63,988 nucleotides of DNA, filler included, from Octopus bimaculoides (GCF_001194135.2; 5 parts of 5 records of this genome joined end to end with filler, not necessarily neighbours in it), one strand, 5' to 3'; shown: positions 11,353 to 26,049, numbered from the whole stretch's first letter. Notes: generated by a model not told the origin, from the sequence alone. A program made the numbers and translations.

Positions 11353-13329
11353 CATATATAGACATATATTGGAGCATGAATAAATTTATATATATATATA
11401 AAAACAATTTGACATTCACCTGAATTTACTCAATAGTATTTAGAGTACATATTTATTAACTTTTACAAGGATAAGTTTGACGGTGACTGCCAAGTTCTGG
11501 CGTACCTGCTAGTAGCTGACTGTGTCATGCCGGCTGGTAAGCCAGAACATTAATATTACTGACAACGGTTTCCATGTAAAAATTCACACACACAAACACG
11601 CGAGCGCGCGCACAAGAGAGAGAGAGAGAGAGAGAGAAGAGAGGGAGAGAAAGAGAGGAAAAGAGAAAGAGGGGAGAAATTAGTAATATTTAGTCCACTC
11701 ATTTATGGCTCATCGATACCACCTGATGTTCTGTTATACATATTTCTTTTAATACTAGGCAATATCGATCTGCAGCTAACAGCAAGACGAGACCATATGT
11801 TTTTCGTGAAAATGGGCCAGTAAGTGAACCTCTACTAAGTCCCTTTGACCTGCAAAAAGAAAGAAGAAGCGGCCAAATCTGTCCCAAACTACGCTCTAAC
11901 ATCTTATAAAGGAATGTCATATTGTCTTGGTGTAGCTATAGTTGGAAAAAGTTAGGGGAACGAAAAAAAAAAAAAGAGATAGTATAATTTTGGCTGGAAC
12001 GTAGTGACGGACCTGGATATGATGAGGCCCTGAGCTTCTTGTTAACTATTACGCTGGTAAGGCCCAGAAAAGTGCAAACATGTATGCCTTTTAATTATTT
12101 TGAGATCCTAGGGATTGTGAAACTCTAGTCTGTAGCATGCGTAGCTTTATGGCAACCTCTGATACTGAATAAACGTCTTTGATCAGAGATCTGCTTGTGC
12201 AGGAATGGCCAGCGACAAAGTAAACATGATCCAATCAGAGAGTAACACGTAGAATATTTCTTCTATTTTGTTCTTGTGCTGAATTGAGTTTTATCGAAAA
12301 TCCTGAAAGCAGTTACCCAACGCCACTAAATACGGCAATGACCTTATCTGTTGACCCAGACAAAAACTTCAGCGACTTAGATTTGAATATCAAAAGATTA
12401 CGTGAATATATAGGTTTTATTCTCCTGTCGAGGCAACCTAACACGATTGACTGGTATGGAGGTTAAAGGCACGATTTCTCGACAAATCCTTTCTAGTCGT
12501 TATAAGACCAAACAATTTGCAACCTCTAATAGCCTTGCTTCATTTCTGTTTCGTTCCTTTCATTTGTCACTGATCTTCCTCTGTTTCTTTCTCTCTCTCC
12601 CCCTTATCTTAATCCTCTCTATCTCTTTATATATATCTCTCACTACTTTATCCTCATTCCACCCTCTCCTTGCTCACTCATACTTTTTCTTCTTTCTCTC
12701 TCTTTACATCGCGTCACTACCTCTTACTCTCTGTTTCTTTATCTAACTTTACTCTGCCTATCCCCAACCTCCTTCTCCAGCTGTGTGTCTTTCTCTCTTT
12801 ATTTTTCAATATCTCTTTTTCTTGATTCATTTTCTGCCTTCTCCTTCTCACCAACCGACACTTTTCTTTTTGTGTTTCACTTTGCCGTCTCTTTTACGGT
12901 TAATGTCTCTTAAAATATTATTTTTCTTCATCATGTGACCACTGCGATCACATAACAATCTACGAGGGAGAAATGATGTCAACAAATAACAAATATTATA
13001 TATCTTCTACTTGTTTGAATTTAGTGCTTTATTTATATTTGCATATCCAGTCGTGTACATGTATGCATGCATGCACGTATGTATGTATGTATGTATGTAT
13101 GCATGTATGTATGTATGTGTGTGTGTATGTATGTATGTATATATGAATTATTTATTTATGTATGTATGTATGTATGTGTGTATACAAAACAGGAGATACA
13201 TATAAATACATACATGATGATGATAATGGCTGTTCACTCGTGACCTTTAGGAACATTGTGCGCTCTGGGACTAACTTATATTTTGCATTTGCGGCTCCGT
13301 AAGTGGCTAATGAGCCCTGCTCTTGACAA

Positions 13330-14900
13330 GCACATACGACTGCAAACATTTCAAACCAAGCTTTCCTCATTCACTAGCAGTGCGCTTTCGAGCAGCACGC
13401 TTAAATTCTTCACGCAGTATACGTGCTCTCTCATGGAATTTAAGGAGCCATTTATAAGTCTTTGTTGCATAGTATCAATCATTGTTTCACCCACAACTGA
13501 CTCATAGTTTAGGAATTCAGAGAAGTATTCAATCCAGCGACCTGTGATTTCTGTTGATTTAGTAAATAGAGTAGCAGGTTCCTTGGAAAGCAAAGGAGCT
13601 GATGCAGAGCTCTTAGGCCCAAAAACTTGCTTCATAAGATGATAAAGCCTCTTACTGTCATCTGCATCAGCAGCAGCCTGAACATCATGAGCAAGATCCT
13701 CCCACCAAGTGTTCTGCATCTTCCTGAGAGATCGCTGCAGTAGTGATTTTACACTGCAATAGTAGGCAAGCGATAGATTTCGCTGCACAGCTGAAAGTTT
13801 TCTGTGCAGTAATACATTGTAGGCATGATGCTTTACCATCAATAGTTACTGAACGTCAGCATCATTTTGATCAAACCAGTCTCTGTGTCTGGCAGTAGCA
13901 TATCCCAGTGTTTCAGCAGCACATTGAAGAACCTGGTCTCGAAAATTTTCCCATACTGTAGTATTTTCAATGCGAGACAACTGAGTCTGAAGTTCTTTCC
14001 TCAACACAGCTTCATATATCTTGTGGACATTCAGACGCCGAGGAATGCCAACTGGCCTTCTTCTCTCTTTCACTCTAATCATCATCCAAAACTTTGCTTG
14101 CAACAGACTGTGATTTGTCCAGCATTCCGATCCATGAAAGGATTTGACATTACAAATGTCATAGACGTCACGCTTGCGGGTGATGACATAATCCAGCAAG
14201 TGCCAAACTTTAGACCTTGGATGCATTCACGTTATTGTGTGATCATCTTTGTGCATAAAATGAGTGCTTGCGATGTAAAGTCCATGTTCATCGCAAAACT
14301 CCAGCAGCATGAGGCCACAGCTGTTCATTTTCCCTACACCAAACCATCCTAGAGAGTTCCATGTTTGCCAACCTGTTCCAACCCTGGCATTGAAATCTCC
14401 CAGAAGAATGAATTTATTAGAATTGGGGATTTTCCTAAGTATGGCTCTCAGCTGGGTATAAAAATTAGTTTTATCTTTATCACAACTAGTCAAAGTAGGT
14501 GCATAGGCACTTAGAATAACAAACCGCCTACCTTTCAAGTGAAATCGTAGGGTCATTAAACGTTCATTTATAGGAACAGGAAGCTCCTCCAACTTCTTAA
14601 GGATATCAGATCGAACTGCAAAGCCAACACCAGCGTCTCTGCGCTCCTCCTTCAGTCTCCCCTTCCAAAAAAAGGTGTATCTACCTCCTACTTCCTCAAG
14701 CTGACCATCACCTTTTATACGAGTCTCTGAAAGTGCAGCTACATCAATGTTATAGCGATTCAGCTAACGAGCAACAAGTGCAGTGTGTCTTTCAGGCCTA
14801 CAACCACTCTTGTTTTCCAACAGGTTGCACACATTCCAACATGAACTGTTCAAATTCCATCCAGATTTTGTAAAAAAAAGTCACTTTGTTTTTCGAGCAC
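13330..14900 (-). mobile_element. RTE-clade LINE, AP-endonuclease region, degenerate
   Basis: APE motifs YNIDVAALSETR, GVGFAV, SAYAPT, ILLGDFNARVG, WMHPRSKVWHLLDYVI, CWTNH; stops and frameshifts; RT largely missing. Confidence 0.88.
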
Positions 14901-15787
14901 TGGGTGGACATCCGTCAGTCGCGCTAAACTAACCAGATATATAGAAAGACAGGCAATTTTTGGTTCACCTTTTCTAGAACCTTCCCGGCCTACAGTATGG
15001 GAAGANNNNNNNNNNNNNNNNNNNNNNNNNNNNNNNNNNNNNNNNNNNNNNNNNNNNNNNNNNNNNNNNNNNNNNNNNNNNNNNNNNNNNNNNNNNNNNN
15101 NNNNNNNNNNNNNNNNNNNNNNNNNNNNNNNNNNNNNNNNNNNNNNNNNNNNNNNNNNNNNNNNNNNNNNNNNNNNNNNNNNNNNNNNNNNNNNNNNNNN
15201 NNNNNNNNNNNNNNNNNNNNNNNNNNNNNNNNNNNNCCACCTTCCCATCACCGCAAGACTTCCGAATAAAAATAAAATTAATATATGCTAAAAAAAAAAA
15301 GATACATATATACTGGAAATAAAACAAATATATATTGAGAAAAAAAGCAGCACATATCAAGCTGAGGTCAGCAACGCCTGTGCAGAGTTTTATGTCCAAT
15401 AAAGCTTGCACGACACCTCATAGACACTTTCCACTCTATTAACATTATCCAGTGACAAACCAGAGCGAGGTGTCTGGTGCCAATATGCGTCACAGGCTCA
15501 GGGATATGGGAACTTCATGATCTCTAGCACAAACCAAAAATCCTCAAAATGTCCAATGCCATTCCCAGCATATCTGGTTTTATATCAGAGTGACCTTCTC
15601 CTAGAGACATGCTTCAACAGAAGCTGAGGGGTGCCTCACTCCCAGTGGTCTTCAAGCACGCTGGACACCATCGCGGAATTTCTGCGTACCCGTGCTATTG
15701 CTAGATAAGTGTTAAGCCTGCACTAGGTTCAGCCGACCTTTCAATAGGTTGTACCGAATTCCATACATACATACATACATACATACA

Positions 15788-15821
<34 letters not shown>

Positions 15822-16159
15822 CAAACATATAAAAGTATATACTGGTGGTGCTCCAACATGGCCACAAAATTAAGGCTGAAAAGTATAAAAGAATAAAAGA
15901 ATATNNNNNNNNNNNNNNNNNNNNNNNNNNNNNNNNNNNNNNNNNNNNNNNNNNNNNNNNNNCGGTGGTTTTATTGAAACAGAAACTGAGAGTTTGTTTC
16001 ACGATTCGGGTTTCACGCAACAGCAATCTTCAGACGAGAACTCTTGCACCTCAGTATTGGTAGTGTATTTGTGTCTTGTGTGTGGGTGTGTTTGTGCGCG
16101 CGCGCGTGTGGACTATGCTTGTGTTGTTCATTGGTTCGATTTTCGCGTGTATTGACCTG

Positions 16160-16565
16160 GTAGCGTTCGTATTTCTTGTGTCTGTAAGGTCAAGAAGTTT
16201 GCTTCGCAGTCACGTGGTTTCAGGTTCAATTGCACAATATGGCTCCTTGGACAAGTGTCTTCTACTTCAGCCCCAAGCCGACCAATGTCTTGTGAATGAA
16301 TTAGCTGGCTAGAAACTGTTTGGAAGTCGTCGTAAATATACCAGCATACGCGCGCGGGCGCGCATGTCCGTGTCTTTGTGGTTGTTTCATACCTTTGACG
16401 ACCTATGTTCATTTGTTTATGTCTCAATGACTTAGCGGTTCGGCAAAAGACATGATAGAATAAGTACCAGACTTGTAAAAAATAATTACTAGAGTCGATT
16501 TTCCCGATTAAACTCTCTAGGGTGGAGCCCCAAAACGGCGCAATCCAACAACTGAAACATCTAAA
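16160..16565 (+). mobile_element. Main SINE family 1, diverged copy
   Basis: ggacaagtgtcttctact..acttagcggttcggcaaaagac..gatagaataagtacc, aligning to 8903-9280. Confidence 0.7.
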
Positions 16566-16669
16566 AGAATACACACACACATACATATATACATACACTC
16601 ATGCATATATATACATATATACATACATATATACATATATACATATACATACATATATACATACATACA

Positions 16670-16702
<33 letters not shown>

Positions 16703-17386
16703 TCTGCCTCTGTGGGCTAGTGCGTTTGTATATATGTGGGTGTGTACACACGCACACCCATATACATAGTAGAAGTCTTGGTGTTGTGATTATAAACGAT
16801 CCAGAATTTTTCTTGATGAAAGCATATTCATTTAAAAAAACTATTGGATTTCGCTTGGAAACTTATATTTTGTTTACGAAATTAAATTATTTTCCAGTAA
16901 ACTTATTTATTGCAAAACAATTTCAAAACAGTTCTGTGCCTAATATGCTATATTAAATATTAATAATATATTTTGTAATTTAAGAGCATAAATGAAATTC
17001 AAGTATATTGAAAAAGAACACACAATTAAGTAGAAAAGAGAATTTTATTTCACTTGATACTATTATTGAACATAGTATGTCTGTTAGTCTTGAAATTCTT
17101 TAAGTTCTAAGATAATTTTTAAAAAAATGTATTGAAACTTCAGTATTGGGAGGCAAACAAGCCATGGAATTTAAAGAAATTTCATAATGTTTAGAATTTA
17201 AAGTGAAATATATATCCAGATATTAGAACTGCATTATATGCAGAAATAAAGAAATGTATTAAGAGTTTCAATGAATCCTAGTTTATATGATATTAGACAT
17301 GTACTGATCACAACCTTGGGAGTGCTGCACATTTTCATATCACCACTTTAGGACAAAGTCTTAGTTTTACTAACAAGGGTATAAAT

Positions 17387-17641
17387 CAGTGGTTCTCAAC
17401 CGGGCTCCACATGGCCCTTGGGAGTCCATATAAGAATTTGTTGATAAAATTTATCAGCAATAAATTGGTTATAATTCCACAATGCATAAAATATATTAAC
17501 AATTTTTTTATACAACGCCTAATAATATTTGATTATATAAAATATAATTTTTTAAACATCCAATAGCTATGTGGGAACATCTAAGTAAAATAGTAATTAA
17601 AAGGGTCCAAAGAATAAAAAAAAAATGGTCAAGAAACACTG
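17387..17641. mobile_element. hAT (Charlie-like) MITE
   Basis: Termini CAGTGGTTCTCAACC / GGTCAAGAAACACTG; 8-bp flanks gtataaat / gtgtaaat (7/8 match). Confidence 0.75.
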
Positions 17642-17719
17642 GTGTAAATAAAGAGATTCCTGAGACTTCCAACTCTTAAGCATCCTACATTAAATTTGAC
17701 AATTAACAAGGAAGTATTT

Positions 17720-17910
17720 CTAAAGAAACATTTCAGTTACTACCAATCTCCCCCTCTTGGATTTATTGATTGACATAGCTAGACTAAATTGAGTGCATCT
17801 GTTGGAATGAATGAAATTCTGGCTATAATTGCCCCCTCTTCTTTGGCACACCCAATGAGATATAGTATTCTCAATGACATGTAGTACAAACTTCTTATCC
17901 TTATCCATTA
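17720..17910 (-). mobile_element. Helitron Pif1-helicase C-terminal remnant
   Basis: Across a frameshift: LHVIENTI..CAKEEGAIIARISFIPTD..FSLAMSINKS, resembling recalled Helitron PHVIEATI..IPRIPLIPSD..AFAMSINKSQG. Confidence 0.6.
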
Positions 17911-17960
17911 GTCTTGTGCCATTGCATAACTACAACTGATTTAAGTTACGTAACGATATT

Positions 17961-18312
17961 ATTGGCAAAATGCTTAGCGGCGTTTCGTCCGTCTTTATGT
18001 TCGGAGTTCAAATTCCGCCAAGGTCGACTTTGCCTTTCATCTTTCCGGGGTTGATGAAATAAGTACCAGTTGTGCACTGGGGTCGAAATTGCTGGCCTTG
18101 TGCCAAAATTTGAAACCAATATTTTGGCAAAATGCTTAGCGGCATTTCGTTTGTCTTTAAGTTCTGAGTTCAAATTCCACCCAAGTCGACCTTGCCTTTC
18201 CTACTTTTGGGGTCAATAAAATTAGTACCAGTTGAGTACTGGAGTCGATATAATCGACTTACCCCTCTCCTGAAGTTGCTGGCCCTGTGCCAAAATTTGA
18301 AACCAATATTAT
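17961..18312 (+). mobile_element. Head-to-tail dimer of SINE family 2 (5'-truncated units)
   Basis: Two units ttggcaaaatgcttagcggc..gtgccaaaatttgaaaccaatatt, joined near 18123. Confidence 0.8.
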
Positions 18313-19869
18313 TGGCTGCCTTTTTTTTTTTTTAAGTGGAAGTCTGATACTTCTGTTTAGTGACATATATGGCTGCTGTATCTGCACCTGGTTTTAAATG
18401 TCTTAAGTCAAAATATAACGATAGAAGTTTAGATTATTTGCCAACTGCTGCTCTTAAGAAGGCCAATGGAACAGTTTTCCCATTAACAATAATAGATTCA
18501 ACAATCATAACATATATTCTTAGATTGCTTGGAAATTATATTTTGTATCATTGTTTTTCTTATTTAGTTTCCTTTGTAGTTTGTAATATCTGTATATGAC
18601 TTGCGAGAGTGTAGAATCTCCTAAGTTTCTCTCTTTCAGTTTAATACGATAAAACATTTCTATGTACTGCCTACATTTAAGCTCTCTTAAAAACTATCCC
18701 TGTTGTTGCTTCGTCATTTTCCAGTGATATATATACTGCATTTTCGATTACTTCTTGATTTAGCTGTCCTTTTTTTTCTATGCAGTACTTCACTGCTTTT
18801 GTGCTTTAAAATGTCTTCATTACTAGAGTTGGTAACTGTTTTGTTTAATCGTCACTCATTCCTACATTTAATAGAGTATCACTCACGGGACAAATGAACT
18901 TGTGTGGGTCCAAGTCCAAGGTAACTACACTTGCTGCATACATGGATATGCTTTGTGATATTGAACTACAACCGAAGTTTCTATTTTTATTAATTAACCA
19001 GCGATATTCTTACATTTTAAGAATATTTCTTGTGTCTTAGTCCAGAAGATCACATTTTCAGTATGTCTTGAAATTTCATCATTTGCACATGCAACACCAG
19101 ATGATAAAGTAAAGTATGCGTAGATCATTATTTTAAAGTAATTTGATTCTCTCTACCAGCCGAATACTTTTACTATTGTTTAATTCACCTTCGAACTGTT
19201 TTTGTAAGAAGTAACTTACGTTCATTTTCAGAACGGTGTACCAATATGAAATGTATAAAGGGTATTTGGTACCTGAGATATATATATAATAAAATATATA
19301 AAATATTAAATGTTCTATTTGTATTGTTGCTAGATAAAACAATTTATAATAACATATCTAATACTTACGATTTATGCAAAAAAAGTTATTTATATTAACT
19401 ATTCCATGTTCCTTTAGTCCCCTGTAATCTAACCTAGATCCCAGATTAAAGAATTTAATTTCTTAGTGACGTAAAGTTCTGAATTTTAAACTGCTCAATC
19501 TAGCCAAATCCCAGTTTGCCATAGCAATTTCCAATTACAAAAGATATTTAAAACCCAGTGCAGTAGCCGCGCTATGCTAAATTTCCAGTGGATAAACGCT
19601 GTCTTACATCATGAAGACATATAGCTCTAATGAACTAAAATATTGTTTGTGTGAATTTATGTTAAGCATGTACAATCAAATCTATGATGAGGAAAGTAGT
19701 TAACCAGGTAATCTGATGCTTACCACATACGTAACAGAGCTACCTGTGTAAATTTAACTTATTTTGAGTCGGCGTGCATGTGAGGCGAATTAAACGATTT
19801 TATTGATCTCTTTAGTGAGTGTTAAATATCCGAAATCATCCCTAAGACTACTGTACAACAAGTTTAATG

Positions 19870-20050
19870 CTTTGAGACATTTGATTCGGTTCTTTATATT
19901 CCGAGTTCAAATCCTACCAAGGTCAACTTTAACTTTCATCCCTCCGGAGTCAATAAAATAAATTACCAGTCAAAAATTGGGGTACTACGATATCAATTAA
20001 CGGCGCCTTTCCCTCCAAAATTTCAGGTCTTGTATCTATGCTAGAAACAA
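19870..20050 (+). mobile_element. SINE family 2, diverged copy
   Basis: ccgagttcaaatcctaccaaggtcaacttt..ggagtcaataaaataaattaccag. Confidence 0.6.
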
Positions 20051-21429
20051 TTGTTTTAGGGCGAACAATGAGGAATTGAAATTCATTGTTTACATGAAAA
20101 TATATAATTTTTATAGACTATGCATAAAGTATGAAATAATGTATATTAATAACACAAACTGAAAATATCTTCTAATGAAAGAACAAATATTTATCCCACA
20201 CTTTTATGAGATAGAGGCAATTACTTTCGTTATCAAAGGCAATGAGAACTGCTTTTTGAATACGAAGCATGACACGTACAAGGAAATCTGTTTTCTTTTG
20301 TAACGAAAGAACGTACTGCTAACCCCATCTTGAATAATTTAATTGGTTACAAGAGTATGAATCATGCACCATAAATTTATTTGAGTACTGGGCTTTGATT
20401 CGCATATTTCATATTAACAGTGACGGGTAAATTGTTGAAATTGAGCAATTAGTTCTAAAATTTACAAGTCCTCAGCTCAACAATCTAAAATTATCCTGTA
20501 TTATTGTATCTCTACTCATAACCGATATTGTATTGCTACTCTAGTTATTAATTCTAGCTGTCAATCTTCTGCCATGGGGCAAATTTCATTACACTTGTTA
20601 GTTTTTTTATTCACATTTCTGCAAGGAGCGCTTTGTTTCTTGACTTCGGCAGGTTATTGACAGTTGAAACCAGTTGGTAATAGTATCATTCGAAGCTAAC
20701 GAAAGCCCTGTTGCTTAGTTAAGGGACTAATGTTCAACGTAAATTAAGTACGTGCTTATTAAACATAGATTTCACACAGTATAAGTATTTAACTAAAATC
20801 CACGTCATACTGTTTTGTAGTGTTTATATATATATACGTGTGTCTATTAGTTAGAGTTAAGCATTAAATTAGCAGATATACTATTTGGCCAAGCAGATAA
20901 CGTGTTGAAAGTCTCCCCATAGGGTACGAGTTCAAAGCGACTGCGAATGTCTCGTTCTGTTTTGAGACAGGATACTTAATGCCCACAACCCTAAGCTGGG
21001 TGGAATTCTATCCAGTGTGCAAAGAATGCCTTCGACGGCACTCAAAATTTCTCGTTTCCTAAACTGCAGCTGATTCTTCTGTTTCCTTTCAAAAAGACCT
21101 CCACCAACTTTGTAGAGATCACTTACTTTTCCGAGCAAAGGTAACTTTGTAAGAATGTAGAAAAGGGTTTGCACGTGTCTCTAGTGCTTAGAGGTGGACA
21201 GATGAGTAGGTCGGAGGTGATTCGTGTATAAGCGTCCACCTTTGCTGCGTACGATTCCACACAACACACTCTTGGAACAAAACCCTCTAAATCTATCCCT
21301 TTCCACTCCAATAGGTTTCCACTCCTACTTACACGCAAGCTAAGTGCGAAAATATCTTCAGCTGCTTTTAACAAATAAACGTCTCTTTCATTACACTTAA
21401 GTAATGTGTCCCAGAACTAGCTTCTATAC

Positions 21430-22790
21430 TGACCAAACTCTAATCCTCCACTTTCTACGGGGATATTCCCTGACATTTGGAAGCACGCTTCAGTATGTTC
21501 AATTCCAACTCTACTAACTATCGCGCCAGTGTTCTCCCCTCTAGTATGTCTAAGGTAATGGACACAATTATTAACCATGACGTTCACCACCATCTTGAAT
21601 TTTTCCCAATGATTACTAGTAAGGCTTCTTTAAAGCCTAGTCTACTGGAGACCTATTCTCTTATCTCTTCCACCCGTAAGTTGTCTCTCACAGAAGTTCG
21701 GCGAAAGTAATGCTGTTGTTCATGACATCAGCATAGGCTTCGACTGCGTCTGAGATGTAAATCTATAAAAAATTTCCTCCTAAGGCCTCCAATCATCTCT
21801 TATATCTCAGGTAGCTTCTTATCAGATCACACCACTGCAGGATGTATTGACGGAGCTCTTTCTGCCCAGTTATCAATCAACTCTGGTGTTACTCAGAGTT
21901 TGGTTCTGTACCCGACTCTCTTCTGTACTTCCATGACCTATTAGTCACCACATCGAACGACGCCCCCTCTTATGCAGATGACATGATCCTTCTTTTCTCT
22001 CCAATCTTCCCGAACCGTGCATCATCCATACACAAACTAGACACTATACAGCAAATATGCTTTGACTCCATAAACGGAAATCTTGAGTGTATCGCCCAGT
22101 GGGGCCATAACAACCTTACCTCTTTTAATAGATAAAGAAAAACTTAAGCATTACTTATATCAAGAAAACACAATCGTACGATACTCTTTCTAATCACGAG
22201 CAGCACTCAGCTAGAGACCTCGGAATTACTCCAAATGCTGGACCTCAGTGTCACCAATGTTCTTTCCTAGTGAAAGCACACCTTTAGCATAGTTATAATT
22301 GCACTTCAAGAAAGATCCTTCTTTTCAGGGTCAGAAAGCGTTCTGTCTCCAACAGCTGATGACGCTCTTCTAGGCTTAACTGAGGACCGCAATGGAATAC
22401 TGCGAACGCATCTGAGACAGGGATGCTGCTACACCTGATATCCTGGACTCCAACCATCACTAATAGACACATTATGACCTCTAGCCTGTCTCCTCTCTCT
22501 GTCTTAATGACCTCTGTTCCTCAGAGTTGGCTGGTCCTTTACTACCACCACGAAGGAACCTCCTACCCATTCATCTCTCCATTTCTCTGCATTCGTGTTG
22601 CGTCTAAACCCCTTTTCCCGCACTAACAACTATGCTCAGTTCTTCATTCCCAGAACAGCGATTGTCTGGAATCTCCTCCTTACTCATAGAATCTCTTCCT
22701 TATCTCCTTACTTCCTGAAGGTGTTGACCTACAACAATTTAAACGGAGCACCAATAGCACCAATCTCAATATTGGCGGGCCTGTAAGTGC
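21430..22790 (+). mobile_element. CR1/Jockey-group LINE RT, heavily decayed
   Basis: Decayed motifs NSTNYRAS..SKVMDTIIN, FGESNAVVHDISIGFDCV (cf. ALDISKAFDRV), SYADD, MEYC.., RTNNYAQFFIPRTAIVWN. Confidence 0.78.
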
Positions 22791-23879
22791 CATGGGCTCT
22801 TCCTCTTCTTTCAGTCAGCAAGTTTTAAAAAAGGAAATAGACCTTAGTGACGATTGAGCATTCAGTTTTCAGTTATTAGCTAATTAGAAATGTTGGTGGG
22901 TTGTTATATTTTGTGCGATAAGAAGTGACCATTACTTTTTTCTTTCAGTGCCCTAAGTGATTTAATTTTCACATTTGTCTCTTTTCCAAGTATGGAGAGA
23001 ATGACTTCATTATTATTTTTCTAATCCCTTTATTTAATCACTCAACTTGTGCTCGCACTTTTTGTTTGCATTGTTATATGATAAAAATTCATAAATGAGG
23101 ATTGCTAACCGAGGTTTTAATGTAATTGTTTGAAAACGCCACAATACTTAGAGAGGAGAATGTCAGACTAACCTACTTAACGTTAATGAGGCTGTTTTAA
23201 TTTAAAATTAGGCTGTTCCAATAAAATAACGTAGTTATTTTTGGTTTGCTTTTTGTGTTTTTAACTACCAAAGTGGTGTTTAATGATTCACACGATTGTG
23301 ATGAAATGGCATCGTAACTTATTTGGAAGTATACTTAATATATCTAAAACACTTTACACGTTTGTTTTACTTGGTGGTAATCTTTCATCTTTCTAATCAC
23401 CACGATGTTGCTTTTTCTTATCTCTATTCTATAAATAATCTCGTAGTCGTTGCTCTGCCGATCCCCACTTCAAGAAGGGCTACTACATTTGTAGCTTCTT
23501 TTCTCAAACGTGTATATTGTGGATCTCCCTTCCTTCTTACCAGATAAATATGATCTTAATTCTTTTAAATTTTGCGCTGATTATTTCAAGATCCTTAGGA
23601 CAGTTTCTAGTTAGATTTCTTACATTTTTCTTTATTCTTTTTTCCATTTATTTTTGTGACTTCCAGTTTGCTAAGTGATTTGCTTGAGAGCTTTTTTTCT
23701 GTTGGGTGTAGCTGCTCTATCAGGAGTGAATTCCAATAAGAAATCGAGTCAGAGAGACAAAAATTTTGTATTTGAGTAGAGCTTCTGTATATGAATTCCA
23801 TAGTTTTTTTTAATGACTCAACTAATCTTATTCCCAAATTTCAGATATTTTAAAGTACTTTATCATAGACAATTTTTAA

Positions 23880-25330
23880 TTGCAACTACGCAGTGCACAA
23901 GATTCCTTAGCAATGTCAACTGGAACAAATGAAAAGTGTTAAACAATACGAATCTTATGGGTTTATTGAATATCATCTCTGTTGAAAAACCCTATTTATG
24001 TAATACTACACATTTGAATGAAGCTTTATAATCACCAAGTCCTTATTAAAAATGAAGCATACAGATAAAGCTAATAAAACCGTTTTCTATGTTAAAATGA
24101 AAGCTAGATTTGAGCAGCCATGAAAATTATTCATACGCTTTATAAAGAAAAAGTAAAAGATAGTAAATTAGATGAATACACTTCTGGATCAATTGCGATT
24201 TCAAAAATTGTTGTAAAATATGACTGCTGCTAAACAAATACTTAGGTCAGGAAGCCCATGTCATAAGCTATTATTTTAGATGTAATACCTGATCATCTTT
24301 CAGGTACCTTAAAATTTTTACTAGTAAGCAACGATTCATTTCGAAGCAAATTCATGATATATCTACGAATATCTAACAATATGTAGTTAAAAGATTCAAA
24401 ATAAAGATTAATTTATCAGTTTAGGGTGATGATTCTACAATTGTCAATAACAAGGCACATTTTATGGCGTATGTACATATTTTAATGTTGACAATAAACC
24501 GTATGGTGACATATCATTTGTAAAATAACTAGAAACTGTTTATTATTAAGAAATCTATTTTTATTACTTCAAGATTCTAGGATGATGAAAGTTTAGTTCC
24601 GTCAGAAAAGTTGATATCAGTTGTAGCTGATGGCACTATCTCAATAGTCAGTGGGCAGAAAGGCCTTGTAGCACATTAAAAAAAACCCTGGAATCCTTGT
24701 AATAGATGGTATTATTCATACGGACAATTTTGCAAGAAAAAACAATGAGTTCAGTTTACATTATTTACTTAGTATTGTTTTCAAACTTACCAATGAAATA
24801 AACTCATATAGCAAATATCATCGTTAATTCAGGAAATGTTGTTCTGATGATAATAAATATTATGTACGACTGCCTTTACATACGGAAGTCGGATGAGTTC
24901 CCAAAGGAAATTGTTTTGCAAGATTTATAAGCCTTTTTGATGCCGTAGTTAACGTTCTCTACAGGAAATAGGAAATCATAACAATAATATATATTGTGTC
25001 TAGCCTGGATATTTGGAAAACTTAATGAGATATTTCAACTTCATTACAGTGATAGATCGTAAAGCACCATTGAAAGTATTCAATGATAAATTAGAAATTT
25101 CTAGCCAATTTACTTTGAAAATATTTTATAGCATACTTGAGCTAGTAAAAATTTGTTTTGCCTTTAACAAAATGGGTCTTGAAGCATGTTCTGGACACAT
25201 ATTATCGTTAAATTCTACAATTAATAAGAGATTCTCTTGTATATTCCCTTTGTAGTAAAAGTTCGGAGGATAGATCTATTTAATTGTGATGTTGAAGGAG
25301 AAATTCAGGAAGAATGAATTGAATTATGTT
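23880..25330 (+). mobile_element. hAT transposase remnant (Charlie/Buster-like)
   Basis: Decayed LISVVADG..GQKGLVAH, GIIHTDNFA (cf. HCVIHRQHL), LHTEVG*VPKGNCFARF (cf. LHTEVRWLSKGNCLxRF). Confidence 0.65.
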
Positions 25331-25439
25331 GCAGTAAAACCAGCTGTTACTCACTGGTGAGTATCACTTATTAATGTGTATTATGTTTATTTTATGCGTC
25401 TATGTAGTCGCGAGCAGACACAGAGAGCCTCTTGACACC

Positions 25440-25585
25440 TTTTAGTACAACCTGATTGGTACTTATTTACAGCCGAGTAGACTGGTGCAACGTGAAATGA
25501 AGTTCCTTGCTCAAGGGAACAACACGCTACTTGATCCAACATTTGAACCTACGACTTTATGATCATGCTCGGAACAACCTAACTA
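25440..25585 (-). mobile_element. SINE fragment, same family as 61150-61320
   Basis: ggtacttattt..agtagactggtgcaacgtgaaatgaagttccttgctcaaggg..atttgaacctacgac (reverse-complement B box). Confidence 0.5.
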
Positions 25586-26049
25586 CTAGTCTACGCGCTA
25601 GTGGCATAGAAGTTAGGTATAATAAATTAAGAAAGACCGAACTAATATGGTTGAAACTAGGTTTAGTTCAATGAATAATGCTCAGCAAAAATAGTGGAAG
25701 AGCGAAAATATGCAAGATTTTCCTAAAGTTCAGTATGTAACGATTATCGCTTTTATTATCCAAATTTCAGCTATGGAGCTTTCTTTATTTCCTAGAAACT
25801 AACTCCTTTATAGGAAGAATTCTCATGACTGAAAAGATAAAGGCTCATGGGCCCTGGAAACACTGGCAATGAACAAAGTAGCTCTATCAGTTAAAAAATA
25901 TATAAAACGTGTCTTGAATAAATGGTAAACAGTTCTGCAACCACAGACAAAAGAGTGAATTATAAAAACTAGAGCCATCCTCCATTGGAAGAGGAATAAT
26001 TCAAGGAAATTAGCTTTCTCCCCACTTTTTCTGTCCGGCACTGACGCCT

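Noticed and set aside
11700-11849. Strong minus-strand acceptor ttctttctttttgcag followed by SGGIDEP
   Set aside because: The frame has stops before and after the motif, there is no good donor, and it lies in a different assembly piece from DAT.
17961-18312. CRISPR-like reading of the tandem repeats
   Set aside because: Eukaryotic SINE units of 160-200 bp with no unique spacers and no cas genes.
19724-19743. Possible 20-nt microexon (acag|...|gtaagc) on the minus strand
   Set aside because: Such pairs arise by chance; no homology or frame support.
21270-21320. WKG motif as a candidate DAT TM4-5 exon
   Set aside because: Context (GNLLEWKGIDLEG) does not match YFSLWKG..SGK and there are no fitting splice sites.
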